Shown here piece after piece: positions 13,651 through 25,819 of a DNA stretch of 64,000 nucleotides (its first letter is position 1; the number at the start of each line of letters is the position of its first letter). The position numbers and the translations under genes were made by a program. Source of the stretch: Eledone cirrhosa (lineage: Eukaryota); the NCBI GenBank assembly GCA_964016885.1, contig OZ024741.1:52514001-52578000 (forward strand), read 5' to 3'. Under the pieces are notes generated by a model that was not told the DNA's origin, ran no database searches, and saw only the letters and a program-made list of their open reading frames with translations.

Positions 13651-15081
13651 TTATAGCCCTAGTCTACCCCCCCCCCCCGGGTCATTATGGGGTTTGAGGG
13701 CGAGGTAAGTCCTACGCAATCTATGTTTACATGCAGTAACCAGTTCATCTTTCTTGTTTAGGAGTTGGTCCGTCGAAAACAGCATTTGTAAAGTTTCCTC
13801 CGAGCATAAATTGCACGGACGGCGTCCTCCCGTGTAAGAATTGGCTCTGGACAGTAATCTCCAAGTGAGATCATAGGTGATGTTGTTGTCCTTGAGGTCC
13901 CATATGTGGCCCGAAAGTGTAGTGGCGTGACGCCGGGCCGGGTTTCGGAAGGTATGTCTATGTTGGTATAGCCGAGTCTTGAAGTCACATGCGGTAAGTC
14001 CTATATAGGCTTTGTTGGAGGTATCCGTCCTCACGTTGCACTGGTAGATCACATTACGGTCTCTGCATCTATTGTCGAGTGGGCAAATAGATCTATCCGG
14101 GCAGTTACACCTCCTGGTCAGTTCTCCACTGCTATTTAGGTTATTTCTGCCATCGGGGTTGAGTTTTTTGTTGTTAGAGGAGACGATGTTTTGTGCGAAA
14201 TTTGGTGTAGTGCTGTAAGAGAGTTTGATGGTATTTTTGTTAATTATGTTGTGGTAGCGGTGTTGTAATGGGAAGTGTTTTTCAATGAGCCTAAAGAATA
14301 GTTTCCCGATGGGAGTTGTCACCTCTGCGTTGTGGGGAGGATTGAACCATGTTACATTGCGTGAGCGGCGGTGTCTCCTGCTGGTTCCGCTAATGGGAGC
14401 TGGACAGTAGGATATTTCCTCCCGGAAACCACTCCGCTTGAGGGCCTGGTTGTAATAAGGCGCATGTTCATCGAATATCCGCTCATTAGCCGACAAACGG
14501 GATATGCGGAGGGAGATGTTTTTGACCAGGTTGTTTGTGATGTTCCTAGGATGGTTTGATCGGCGGTGGATGTAGTGCAGATTGTCATTAGGTTTCCTGT
14601 ATGGGTAGTACAGGTCGTTTTCGAGGTCGAGGGTCACGTCCAGGAAGTTTACTCTGGTCAGGGACGTTTGTAGGGTTATTTTAAATCCCCAGTCGCGGAA
14701 GAATCTGATTAATTGTTTCCGGACCCGATCTGTACTACTGGGGTTGTACCCTTTAAGGGTAAGGAGCCCATCATCACGGTACAATCCACCACCGAATGCA
14801 GGAAACATATCAGTGAGTTTGGCTATTAGGAATAATCCTATAAGATCTGTGACCTCCGCCGAATCCGTGGCGCCCATGCTGACGTCGAAGGGTGAGTCGG
14901 GAGCTCTTTTTATCCATTTAGAGTCGTCAAAGAGTAAGACTGTCTTCCTGGCATGGAGGATGATTTTTCTTTCCTGGTCGGTGATGGGCACAAGTGTTTC
15001 GGCGAAGTCCAAGGCGGCAGTAAGTAGCGGTAAGGTGATTGAAGCATAGTAGCTCTCTATGTCGAACTGTATGAATTTAGT
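13651..15081 (-). CDS. PLE reverse transcriptase C-terminal half + GIY-YIG endonuclease (5'-truncated, open frame)
   Basis: FDIESYYASI (motif A), FDVSMGATDSAE (motif B), LYRDDG (motif C), WFNPP, CNC..CPL..RC, NVIYQC..AYIG, CNLCSEE, LLNKKDE..CKH. Confidence 0.9.
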   Translation of the reverse strand, partial: TKFIQFDIESYYASITLPLLTAALDFAETLVPITDQERKIILHARKTVLLFDDSKWIKRAPDSPFDVSMGATDSAEVTDLIGLFLIAKLTDMFPAFGGGLYRDDGLLTLKGYNPSSTDRVRKQLIRFFRDWGFKITLQTSLTRVNFLDVTLDLENDLYYPYRKPNDNLHYIHRRSNHPRNITNNLVKNISLRISRLSANERIFDEHAPYYNQALKRSGFREEISYCPAPISGTSRRHRRSRNVTWFNPPHNAEVTTPIGKLFFRLIEKHFPLQHRYHNIINKNTIKLSYSTTPNFAQNIVSSNNKKLNPDGRNNLNSSGELTRRCNCPDRSICPLDNRCRDRNVIYQCNVRTDTSNKAYIGLTACDFKTRLYQHRHTFRNPARRHATTLSGHIWDLKDNNITYDLTWRLLSRANSYTGGRRPCNLCSEETLQMLFSTDQLLNKKDELVTACKHRLRRTYLALKPHNDPGGGGRLGL

Positions 15082-15114
15082 TTAGAAGACAGTCTTACTA
15101 AGACTATCTTCTAA

Positions 15115-16536
15115 ACTAAATTCATACAGTTCGACATAGAGAGCTACTATGCTTCAATCACCTTACCGCTACTTACTGCCGCCTTGGACTTCGCCGAAAC
15201 ACTTGTGCCCATCACCGACCAGGAAAGAAAAATCATCCTCCATGCCAGGAAGACAGTCTTACTCTTTGACGACTCTAAATGGATAAAAAGAGCTCCCGAC
15301 TCACCCTTCGACGTCAGCATGGGCGCCACGGATTCGGCGGAGGTCACAGATCTTATAGGATTATTCCTAATAGCCAAACTCACTGATATGTTTCCTGCAT
15401 TCGGTGGTGGATTGTACCGTGATGATGGGCTCCTTACCCTTAAAGGGTACAACCCCAGTAGTACAGATCGGGTCCGGAAACAATTAATCAGATTCTTCCG
15501 CGACTGGGGATTTAAAATAACCCTACAAACGTCCCTGACCAGAGTAAACTTCCTGGACGTGACCCTCGACCTCGAAAACGACCTGTACTACCCATACAGG
15601 AAACCTAATGACAATCTGCACTACATCCACCGCCGATCAAACCATCCTAGGAACATCACAAACAATCTGGTCAAAAACATCTCCCTCCGCATATCCCGTT
15701 TGTCGGCTAATGAGCGGATATTCGATGAACATGCGCCTTATTACAACCAGGCCCTCAAGCGGAGTGGTTTCCGGGAGGAAATATCCTACTGTCCAGCTCC
15801 CATTAGCGGAACCAGCAGGAGACACCGCCGCTCACGCAATGTAACATGGTTCAATCCTCCCCACAACGCAGAGGTGACAACTCCCATCGGGAAACTATTC
15901 TTTAGGCTCATTGAAAAACACTTCCCATTACAACACCGCTACCACAACATAATTAACAAAAATACCATCAAACTCTCTTACAGCACTACACCAAACTTCG
16001 CACAAAACATCGTCTCCTCTAACAACAAAAAACTCAACCCCGATGGCAGAAATAACCTAAATAGCAGTGGAGAACTGACCAGGAGGTGTAACTGCCCGGA
16101 TAGATCTATTTGCCCACTCGACAATAGATGCAGAGACCGTAATGTGATCTACCAGTGCAACGTGAGGACGGATACCTCCAACAAAGCCTATATAGGACTT
16201 ACCGCATGTGACTTCAAGACCCGGCTATACCAACATAGACATACCTTCCGAAACCCGGCCCGGCGTCACGCCACTACACTTTCGGGCCACATATGGGACC
16301 TCAAGGACAACAACATCACCTATGATCTCACTTGGAGATTACTGTCCAGAGCCAATTCTTACACGGGAGGACGCCGTCCGTGCAATTTATGCTCGGAGGA
16401 AACTTTACAAATGCTGTTTTCGACGGACCAACTCCTAAACAAGAAAGATGAACTGGTTACTGCATGTAAACATAGATTGCGTAGGACTTACCTCGTCCTC
16501 AAACCCCATAATGACCCGGGGGGGGGGGGGGGGTAG
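15115..16536 (+). CDS. PLE reverse transcriptase C-terminal half + GIY-YIG endonuclease (mirror copy)
   Basis: Same protein; frame opens after TAA at 15112-15114 with TKFIQFDIESYY; natural start absent. Confidence 0.9.
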   Translation, partial: TKFIQFDIESYYASITLPLLTAALDFAETLVPITDQERKIILHARKTVLLFDDSKWIKRAPDSPFDVSMGATDSAEVTDLIGLFLIAKLTDMFPAFGGGLYRDDGLLTLKGYNPSSTDRVRKQLIRFFRDWGFKITLQTSLTRVNFLDVTLDLENDLYYPYRKPNDNLHYIHRRSNHPRNITNNLVKNISLRISRLSANERIFDEHAPYYNQALKRSGFREEISYCPAPISGTSRRHRRSRNVTWFNPPHNAEVTTPIGKLFFRLIEKHFPLQHRYHNIINKNTIKLSYSTTPNFAQNIVSSNNKKLNPDGRNNLNSSGELTRRCNCPDRSICPLDNRCRDRNVIYQCNVRTDTSNKAYIGLTACDFKTRLYQHRHTFRNPARRHATTLSGHIWDLKDNNITYDLTWRLLSRANSYTGGRRPCNLCSEETLQMLFSTDQLLNKKDELVTACKHRLRRTYLVLKPHNDPGGGGG

Positions 16537-17311
16537 ACTAGGGCTATAACACCCCACTTGCCGATTTTGCAATGAGTAACCCCTGCTTGCCAAGGGAGAC
16601 GTAAGATCTTCTTTGTATTCTTTTATCGCTTCCTTGATTTCCTTCCTTCCCCCTCTCTCCTTAGTCCTTCTACCCCAGCTCTTCTCCTTTGTCGGCGTCT
16701 TTTCTCGCCCACCCGAGGCTGCCCTTTGGCCCTTTGTAGCCTTAGCACCCCCACCCCCTCCCCTAGTCTAGGATAGATTTGGCGGACTCTGCCCTTTATA
16801 GCAGTTGGTTTAGACCCCGGATACTTGTCCCCTTTTTCCGACCGCTCCCACTATTCTCTGTGCCCTCTATATTTCTTAGTGGCACTTATGCCTTATTTTT
16901 TCGTTTCAGTATTTCTTTCTTCGCTTTTCTTTTGGGCGGGGTGGATTCTGAATTTATTCTTCCGTATTCTACCTTTACTTCGTACGAACTTTCATGTAGC
17001 TTGTTTTAGATCTTTTAGAGTTAGCATTAGTATATATTTTTCTCGGGACTCAGAATTATTATCTCGTATTAGTTCACTTTGCTGCACTGGGTGGTTGCTG
17101 GAATTGTGCCCGGGATGGAAACCTTTATTGTTTATTTCGTGGTAGTCTCTTTAGTATTTTGGCCCCTTTTGTTGACCCGTCACCGTATCATTTACGTACT
17201 TATACCTCTTAAAAGGGTCCTCGCCTATCCGTCCCACCTAGTTCTTTTACTTATTTCGTTATTTCTTTATTTCTTTCTTTACTTCTTTCTTTCTTTATTT
17301 ATTTATTTATT

Positions 17312-17507
17312 GGTGGATTGGCAGGTGGTGGATTGGCAGTATTGGTAGAGGGTCGGACGCCATGCTTTCCAGCATAGTTATGTCCCTTTATGATCTGAGT
17401 TCAAATCCCGCCGAGGTTGACTTTGCCTTTCATCCTTACGGGGTCGATAAAATAAAGTACCAGTAATGCACTGGGTAATTGCTGGCCTTGTGCCTAAAGT
17501 AGAAACA
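17312..17507 (+). mobile_element. SINE family A inserted in the right arm of the PLE palindrome
   Basis: Absent from the left arm (empty site ~12885-12900); lies within (TTTA)n. Confidence 0.9.
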
Positions 17508-17880
17508 TTTATTTATTTATTTATTCTAGACTAACAATAGCTAGAGACCTAGGTCGTAGAATTTAATTTACTTTAATTTTTTCTTTACACTCATTTGTTT
17601 TTCTTTACACTTATTTGCTTTTCTTCACTCTCAGTATTTTTTCTTTCCTATATATTTCTACCCCCCATTGTTCTACCTACCGTTCCGACTTCCTCCCCCT
17701 CCCCCTCCCCTGTATCTTCTTTGACCTCATGCCCAGCTGTAGCTGGCACTACAAACGCTTGATTGGGGCTACTCCACCCCTCCCCTCTTTCTCCTACTGG
17801 CAGGTTTAGCCACCATCTCCCCTACTAATTTGCAACCACAGAATTACTACTGATTTTTGACAATCACTTTGACCATATAT

Positions 17881-17990
17881 GGAATTACCCCTTGAGAAGA
17901 TCGGCTATTTAAATACCAGGATAAATTTTCATTTAGTCCAGAATTAGCCGTCGAAACGGCTTGAGCTCAGCTGTCGGGGTCTTACTGGTT

Positions 17991-17992
<2 letters not shown>
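17881..17992 (+). ncRNA. Type I hammerhead ribozyme, U3-A8 variant
   Basis: Stem I ACCCC/GGGGT (extended by GGAATT/GGTTCC), core TTGAGAA, stem II GA(T)CGGCTA/TAGCCGTC, GAAA, stem III CGGCT(T)GAGCTCAGCTG, GUC at 17973-17975. Confidence 0.7.
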
Positions 17993-18046
<54 letters not shown>

Positions 18047-18049
18047 TAT

Positions 18050-18087
<38 letters not shown>

Positions 18088-18088
<1 letters not shown>

Positions 18089-18183
18089 CAGGTTGTCCTA
18101 AAAAATTTATACACACTTCAACAGCATTCTAATAAATATTGCCTGTACAGCTAATCAAAATGCGTATACATTTTTTGGGACAC

Positions 18184-18186
<3 letters not shown>
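18088..18186. mobile_element. Tc1/mariner-type MITE
   Basis: TIR-like CAGGTTGTCCTAAAAAATTTATAC / GTATACATTTTTTGGGACACT inside (TA)n. Confidence 0.6.
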
Positions 18187-18265
<79 letters not shown>

Positions 18266-18289
18266 AGTGTATGTATATGTTTATATATA

Positions 18290-18840
18290 TACAACCAGCA
18301 AATTGCTCAAGTTACGGAGTTTGTATATCCCTGTCACAAACTATCATCAAACAACAATGGAATGGTTGCTGCGCAGTATCTCATCACTCTAGGTTGGGCA
18401 GCTTGCAACAAGAACAAGGAAGTACTAACATCAAAACGAGTTTCCTAGCATTTGAAGTCTAAGATCTTTGATACTTACATCCTACCAGTAGTGTTATATG
18501 GCTTGACTGTGTTAATTGGACGACAAGATCACTTCAGAACCACATCATGAGACTTATGACTGGCAACCGGCTTAGTGACTTAGTGACTTAGACCAATTAC
18601 ATCAATTGTCAAGTCAAGAGTATTCAAACTATACAGCCATATAAAAAGATCAACTCGTTGTTGAGTAGGTTATGCGTGGAAGGAAGGTTGACTGGTAAGA
18701 GAAGCAAAGGCCCGCAGCCAAAACGATGGTTTGATAATGTCAACCTACGGATTGGACTTAGTCTTTGCTCTTTAAACTCTGGTGCTGGTGATCGAACTTG
18801 TTGATGCACAGTCTGCAGCTGGCGGAGTTTAGCGTCAAAG
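18290..18840 (+). mobile_element. RTE-clade LINE 3' fragment
   Basis: LKSKIFDTYILPVVLYG and EGRLTGKRSKGPQPKRWFDNV, then a (TAA)n tail. Confidence 0.65.
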
Positions 18841-18859
18841 TAATAATAATAATAATAAT

Positions 18860-18935
<76 letters not shown>

Positions 18936-18939
<4 letters not shown>

Positions 18940-19332
18940 ATAACATAAATAAAGATACTGATGTTACATAAATCGTTTAATCCTTATAATTATTTCAAGG
19001 GTTCTTGCAATCAAGATGTCTTTCATGCATGTGTTGTTGTTATGAGAACGGTATCCTCAGATGAAACCCGATTTAATTATATGCTGCCGGCAGGGAAAGA
19101 AACACACGTCCTTCTGCTCATGCGCCCAGCAGACAACAACAAATGCATGAATCACATCTTGGTTGCATGGGAGAACCGTTGAAATAATTAAAATGATTAA
19201 ACGATTTATGTAACATCAGCATCTTTATTTATGTTATTTTTATACTGAATCTCCATCGTAACTATAAGCTACAAATGTTGACAGGTTTCTCCTGCTTGCT
19301 CTTGTTTTTACCAAAACAATCTATTTGGAATA

Positions 19333-19335
<3 letters not shown>
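18936..19335 (+). mobile_element. Aged PLE-derived hairpin element with tail and decayed hammerhead
   Basis: Imperfect inverted repeat 18936-19243; ATCCT-CAGATGA...GAAA-TAATTA; the left arm preserves TA-AGGAT for stem I. Confidence 0.6.
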
Positions 19336-19425
<90 letters not shown>

Positions 19426-20086
19426 GATAGTTATGTGACAAGTAAGTATGTTTTGAAACAGTGAGCGAGTTTGAAATTAGAAATAAAAGCTGTCGCCATA
19501 TATTTGACTAAAGAAATTTTAGCCCGATAGTGGGGTTTAGAACCCTCTAAGAAATGGAGAACTAAATGTACTATATTATATAAAATACATGGTGAACTGG
19601 CGTATACCTTCCAAGGTACTCAGAATTTCCCAACGATTGTTGATTTTGCCGTATGCAGCTGATGAACGAGGCAACACTAACTTTCTTCAGGAAACTCTGA
19701 GTATCTAGGAAGGTATACAAACGTACCAATGCACCTACACGAACACACACACACAGACGCATGCAGACACACACACGCACACACATCCAGACATTCATAC
19801 ATACATGTCCAACCCAAATATACAGTGATTACCTCCCTTCCTAAACCTCTGTAACTCGTCAGATACCTCTTGACCACCAACTCTCCAAAATGGCTGACTG
19901 AATACGAACGTGTTTTTCTCATATTCCCCCTTTCCTTCTTCTTCTCACTCTTTGTCTTTCTATTTCATCTGTTATTTCTAATTCTGTCTTGTAAAGGACT
20001 AGTGTCCAAATTGTTAAGACTCTTTTCCTGATATTTCATGCGTTAAACTAATTTATTTCTTCAATGTGCTGTATTATTCTGTTTAC

Positions 20087-20181
<95 letters not shown>

Positions 20182-20182
20182 C

Positions 20183-20900
20183 AACGTTTACGTGGGCCTC
20201 TCAAATTCGTGGGATTTCTACGTTGGATTTTCACCCTGAAACTGGATTTATACCCGGACTCTACTTGAACTACTACCTGGATGTATTTCGGATCACTGTA
20301 TTTTTTCTTGTCTTTTGCATTACACCAATACCCCACGACTCACTATCACCTTTTCTCCACTATTATCTTCTGACTACTCCCTTCTCACATACATTCTCCA
20401 CCTCACCATTCTATTTCTCTGTCATTTCCTTCCCACTTACTCTACCCTCCACCCGTGTGTTTTCGCATCTCCTTTCCACCACCTCACGTCGTTTTTTTTT
20501 CGTCACACCACTTGTCTCCCCCACACTCTCCCTACACTCAACCCTCAATCATGCCCAATCTCGAATCCTTCCTCCGCCAGCTCCATTCTACCCGAAACAC
20601 TTCCTCCACCCTTTTTCCCCTATTTGCATCTATCCAACCACTTCTTCACAAAAAACACGCTACGATTGTCACATCACTTTTCTAAGCCGCTGTCTTCACC
20701 TCACTCCCCGAGGTTTCCGCCTCAACTTCCACCCCACCTCCTACTCCGCTCCCACCATTGAGCCCATCCTTACCCGCTCCTCTCTCCATCTCAAGCGAAC
20801 GACCATGCGTTTCACGATCTCTCAAACCCGTTCTCACGACCGAGATCTACCCAAAGCTTACCTTATTCTTTCCACTACTTGCCACTCACTCTTGATATAA
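20183..20900 (+). mobile_element. PLE 5' fragment (ORF N-terminal domain)
   Basis: RYDCHITFLSRCLHLTPRGFRLNF resembles the PLE N-terminal H-x-x-FL-x-x-C...P[KR]G motif. Confidence 0.5.
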
Positions 20901-20904
20901 TATT

Positions 20905-22777
20905 CTCTGCAAGGCAAATACAGGAGAAATATATTGGGCGGCGGGTTCCTCTGTATCAGGTTTGATGTGACAAAATCCTTTTATACGGTGAATGAGATGC
21001 GTGTGGCAAATACTAGGGAATGTAGGGTGCCCAACAAAGTTTATTAATATGTTTGTCCAATTGCACAGTGATATAAAAGCTCGGGTTGTCTTTAATGGAG
21101 AATTGTCCAATGAAATCCAAGTTGACGTTGGCGTGAAGCAAGTAGATTTCCTAGCTCCTACACTATTCTCAATATGTTTTGCTGTGATGCATTCCAGAGC
21201 CGCGCGAAGGGTGTTCTATTGCATGTTAAAACTACAGGAAGAATCTTTGATCTAAGAAGGCTCTAATTCAAGTCCAATGTGTTCCAAATACTAATTTGAG
21301 AACGCATGTGTGCTGACGACGTGGACTTTCTGGCACACTCAAGATGACATGAAACACATCATGGATTGTTTGTAGCTTCAGGTAATGCTTTTGGTATGAA
21401 AATTAATCTGAAAAGGCTAAGATAATGTTCACACATGCATCAGGGGAAGCATACATTGAGCCAAATATAATTGTTTCTACGTTAGACACAAGGCCAGCAA
21501 TTACCCAGTGTATTACTGGTACTTTATTTTATCGACCCCGTAAGGATGAAAGGCAAAGTTAACCTCGGCGGGATTTGAACTCAGAATGGCAAGGGCCGTA
21601 ACTCTATGCGCCAAAGCACGGCATCCGACACTCTACCAATACTGCCAATCCACCGCCTACATTGAGCCAAATATAATGGTGCATGGAACTAAGCTGGGTG
21701 TACTTTTGTTTACCTTGGTGTACTTTTGTTTACGTTGGCAGTGCATTTTAGAGGATTGGTTCGTTGGATGCGGAAATACACCTGTGCATTCAGCAGGCCG
21801 GTATAGCCTTCGTAAATCTCGAAAAGAGAGTGTGGGCGGATCATGGCATCAATAATAGAATCAAGATTAGAATTTACAAGGTCTGCGTACTGAGTGCTCT
21901 GTTGTACTCCCCAGAAACGCGGACAGTACATGGTAGACACCCCAGGCTACTTGAACACTTCAATCAAAAGTGTTTAAGAGACAATCCTGAACATCAAGTG
22001 GCAGCAAACATATCTGACATACAAATTCTTATAGATGCTGGATGCACAAGGATTGGATTTTCCATCATATCTCCTAAAATACGTTGGGAAGGTCATGTCA
22101 TATGTATAAATGATGATAGAGTCCCAAAACAACTATTTTCAGCCAATTTCCCTTTGGGAAACGCCCTGAAAGTACAAACCAAGAAAAAGATGTAAAGATT
22201 GCATATAAAACAAACTTAAGGATCTACAGTTTGATGTTTAGAACTGGGAAGTGTTCGATTCAAAGAGGGCTGAAGGACATGTGAAGGAAGGCTGTGAATG
22301 TTTGAAGAGAGACGTCTCGACAATGAGAGACTTAAGCGTCAGTTTTGAATAGGCCACAGTATGAACCTCAATAAAAACACAGGAAGCTGGAGATGTGAAA
22401 TGTGTGGTCGTCTAATGCTCTCTATGTCTGGGTACAGCACTCATCTAAAATTACATGAAAGATCAAATGTATGCAGCACTATCTTTTCTATATTAGGTGA
22501 GACAACATGTGTGGTGTGCAGAAACAATCTGCATATTGATTTCTGGTCTTAAAAGCCATATGAGGGTATATAAGTATGACATCCCACTCACAAACTGACC
22601 CAATCAATCCAATAGAGGCCACATTTTTTGTCTGTCACATTTGATGCAGATCGTGCAAATCTGCTGCTGGACTGAAACATCACCTAAGATGTCATGAACG
22701 GTCGTTTGGGGGTGGGGAGTGACGGTGTTGGGGTTTGCAGAGAGACGGCAATCAGCTGCAAAGATGAAGCGATCACC
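20905..22777 (+). mobile_element. Degenerate RTE-clade LINE, 3' half, with C-terminal C2H2 fingers and (ATGT)n tail
   Basis: GCPTKFINMFVQLH..GVKQ..LAPTLF, ADD, KIRIYKVCVLSALLY..ET, RWEGHV..DDRVPKQLF, CEMCGR..HLKLH. Confidence 0.85.
21472..21657 (-). mobile_element. SINE family A with 20 bp target-site duplication
   Basis: TSD TACATTGAGCCAAATATAAT at 21452-21471 and 21658-21677. Confidence 0.92.
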
Positions 22778-23235
22778 ATGTATGTATGTATGTATGTATG
22801 TATGTATGTATGTATGTATGTATGTATGTATGTATGTATGTATGTATGTATGTATGTATGTATGTATATGTATGCATGTATGTACGTATGTATGTATCTA
22901 CGTATGCATGTATGTATGTATGTATGTATGTATGTATGTATGTATGTATGTATGTATGTATGTATGTATGTATGCATGTATGTTTGTATGCATGTATGTA
23001 TGTATGTATGCATGCATGTATGTATGTATGTATGTATGTATGTATGTATGTATGTATGTATGTATGTATGTATGTATGTTTGTATGCATGTATGTATGTA
23101 TGTATGTATGCATGTATGTATGTATGTATGTATGTATGTATGTATGCATGTATGTATGTATGTATGTATGTATGTATGTATGTATGTATGTATGTATGCA
23201 TGTATGTATGTATGTATGTATGTATGTATGTATGT
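22778..23235. repeat. (ATGT)n microsatellite
   Basis: Seen directly. Confidence 0.95.
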
Positions 23236-25017
23236 TCTTCTGGTTTTATAATTTCACAAATTTTTGCCAATAGAGAGAGAATCGGTTTCTAACATAGACA
23301 CAAGACTCTCTCATTCGAATTTACACAACATCAACTAGGTAGATATGTATGCTTGTCTGCATGCATGTGTATGTATGGATGTTATTGTATGTGTGTATGT
23401 GTATGTTTTGAGTTGTATGTGTACATGTGTATACGCTTTGTATCTGTACATGTGTATATGCAGTTATTAGATGGAAAATGTTTTGAATGTTTTACATATT
23501 TTTACTGTTCCGTTAATGGATTGTACTTGTAATTTCCTGTATGTATGTATGTATGTATGTATGTATGTATGTATGTATGTATGTATGTATGTATGTATGT
23601 ATGTATTATGAATGTATGCATGCATGCGTGCGAGTGTGTGTGTGTGTGTGTGTATGCATGTATGTATGTAAGTACACTTGTACGTATGTAAGTATATATA
23701 AATGTATGCATGTATATATGTATTTATTTGTTTAATCAATTTAAACGATCATATAGAGCTAGTCAGTCATGGCAGATTAGAGGAGGTATCTAGTAACTTA
23801 CTTAAACTTAGAAGCTCCCACGTCTTGAGAGGCATGATTTCGCCAAAGTGCTCCAATGACCACGGTCAGTTGCATCTGGAAATACATCGAACCAACTTTT
23901 GTTGGCAGATTTCAGGTTCCTGTCGATTGTCTGCCGCCAGTTAATCTAGTGACGTCCTCTTCGCTTCTTTTCTTGGGAGTACAAATATAGGACCTGATTA
24001 GCATGTCTCTTACAAGCCAAATCAACGCTTGCACATGATGTTAGACACACGTTGTTAGTAGGTTCGTTGACTGACTTCCACCACTCCGTTTAGTACCACC
24101 ACGCGACTCCTGGGTGCCGTACTCGCTCTCCATTCATTTGCAAGCATTTCAAAAATTTTCGCTTGACTGGTTTGAGGCTACCGTCCTCTCTGTAGTCGCA
24201 AAGACTCTCAAAAGGGATCATGAGGTCTGTCCTTCTCTCACTGACTAAGTAGTTAAAAGAAAATCTGGTTTTCTCACTTTCAACGGAATAGGGAGTGATT
24301 AAAAAGGATTTAGTTGTCATCTTTAGCTGGTCGAAGTACCATGTAGTGGTCTCTATATTGGCACGTGTGTGAAATAACGGTGTAGGTTGGTGAAGGAATT
24401 ATACTCTAATCATTTACATTGATTTTTCGCCAGTGTTTCGAGAGCAATCTACAATGTTCTGTGTACGGTACATTCCAATTATCGAGTGACTAAGTAATAG
24501 GCTTTTTTTTCATAATGAAATTAACGATAATCTAATTTTTATCAAGTATTATGTTTTCTTGTTGAAGGAAAAGTTGTAGATCAGACCTTAAGATTTTAAC
24601 ACGAATACTGAACAAACTCTAAGTGCAGCTAAAGTATGATTACAAAAATATGATTTTCATATCTTACACGTTCATCAAGAAAAATCATATTTCCTATACC
24701 CCCACCCCATATATATATATATATATATATATATGCAAACACACACACACACGCACACACACTTATATATATATATATATGTATGTAAATGTGTATATTT
24801 ATGAGCATAAACTGTATACAGTATTCATATTAAAAAACTGCTTTCATACAGTTAATATTGTAAGAAAGAAATTGTTGATTAATTATTGTATTATTGGGAA
24901 GACCGAGACTTTTCGTTCTTCAGGATTGGTTTATACTTATGGCATTAACGATGATTTACATTATTGCTGTTGTGTGTATATATCTATATATTTATATGTG
25001 TGTATATATATATGTAC

Positions 25018-25075
<58 letters not shown>

Positions 25076-25076
25076 G

Positions 25077-25207
<131 letters not shown>

Positions 25208-25819
25208 GTATGTATATATATATATATATATGTATATGTATGTATATATATATATATTTATATATATATTAAAGAATACACAAAAACACACGTGCATACA
25301 CACGCGTGCATAAAAACATAAACATTCAGATACACACATGTATATTCGTACATTCACACACACACGCAGACGCACACATCCATACATAAACCCACAAATA
25401 CACTTATGTGTAAACACATGCACACAACATGACCCAAATTAATTCACAGGCACACACATGTGTACATAAACACACAAACGTGCACACACAAACAATGCGA
25501 AAAAGTCACAGACACATGTGTAGATACACGCGCACAAAACATATAAATACACACACATACAAATACATACACATGCACTCACACATAAAATTTCACACAT
25601 AAACATACAGACGTCCATAACCTCAAACCCGTTTCTACTTCTTAAACGTGAAACCAATAAGACTGTTTTACATCCATGTGTTTGTCTTGTCACTTCTTGA
25701 ACTATATATTGGAATGTAACATAAATTCCCACCGTTGTTATAAGACTTCGTAATAAAGAAAAGGCGGGAATATATGTTACAACTCGATATATGAGAGAGG
25801 ACCGAAGTGAGAAAGTGAG

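Larger units (their letters stand above)
12339..17995. mobile_element. Penelope-like retroelement (probably Neptune-type) as a head-to-head fold-back palindrome of a 5'-truncated copy, apex 15098, flanked by (TA)n
   Basis: Arms are near-identical reverse complements; each carries RT+GIY-YIG, a long 3'UTR and a terminal hammerhead; left arm has an extra ~80 bp tail (12339-12418). Confidence 0.92.

Noticed and set aside
12339-17995. Possibility that the palindrome is a sequencing fold-back artefact
   Set aside because: Arms differ by substitutions, a one-arm SINE and a one-sided tail, and both termini match the independent 28.4 kb element; read-level confirmation is still needed
23730-24630. 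Non-microsatellite block, possibly a DNA transposon remnant or exon
   Set aside because: No motif, TIR or splice structure could be supported
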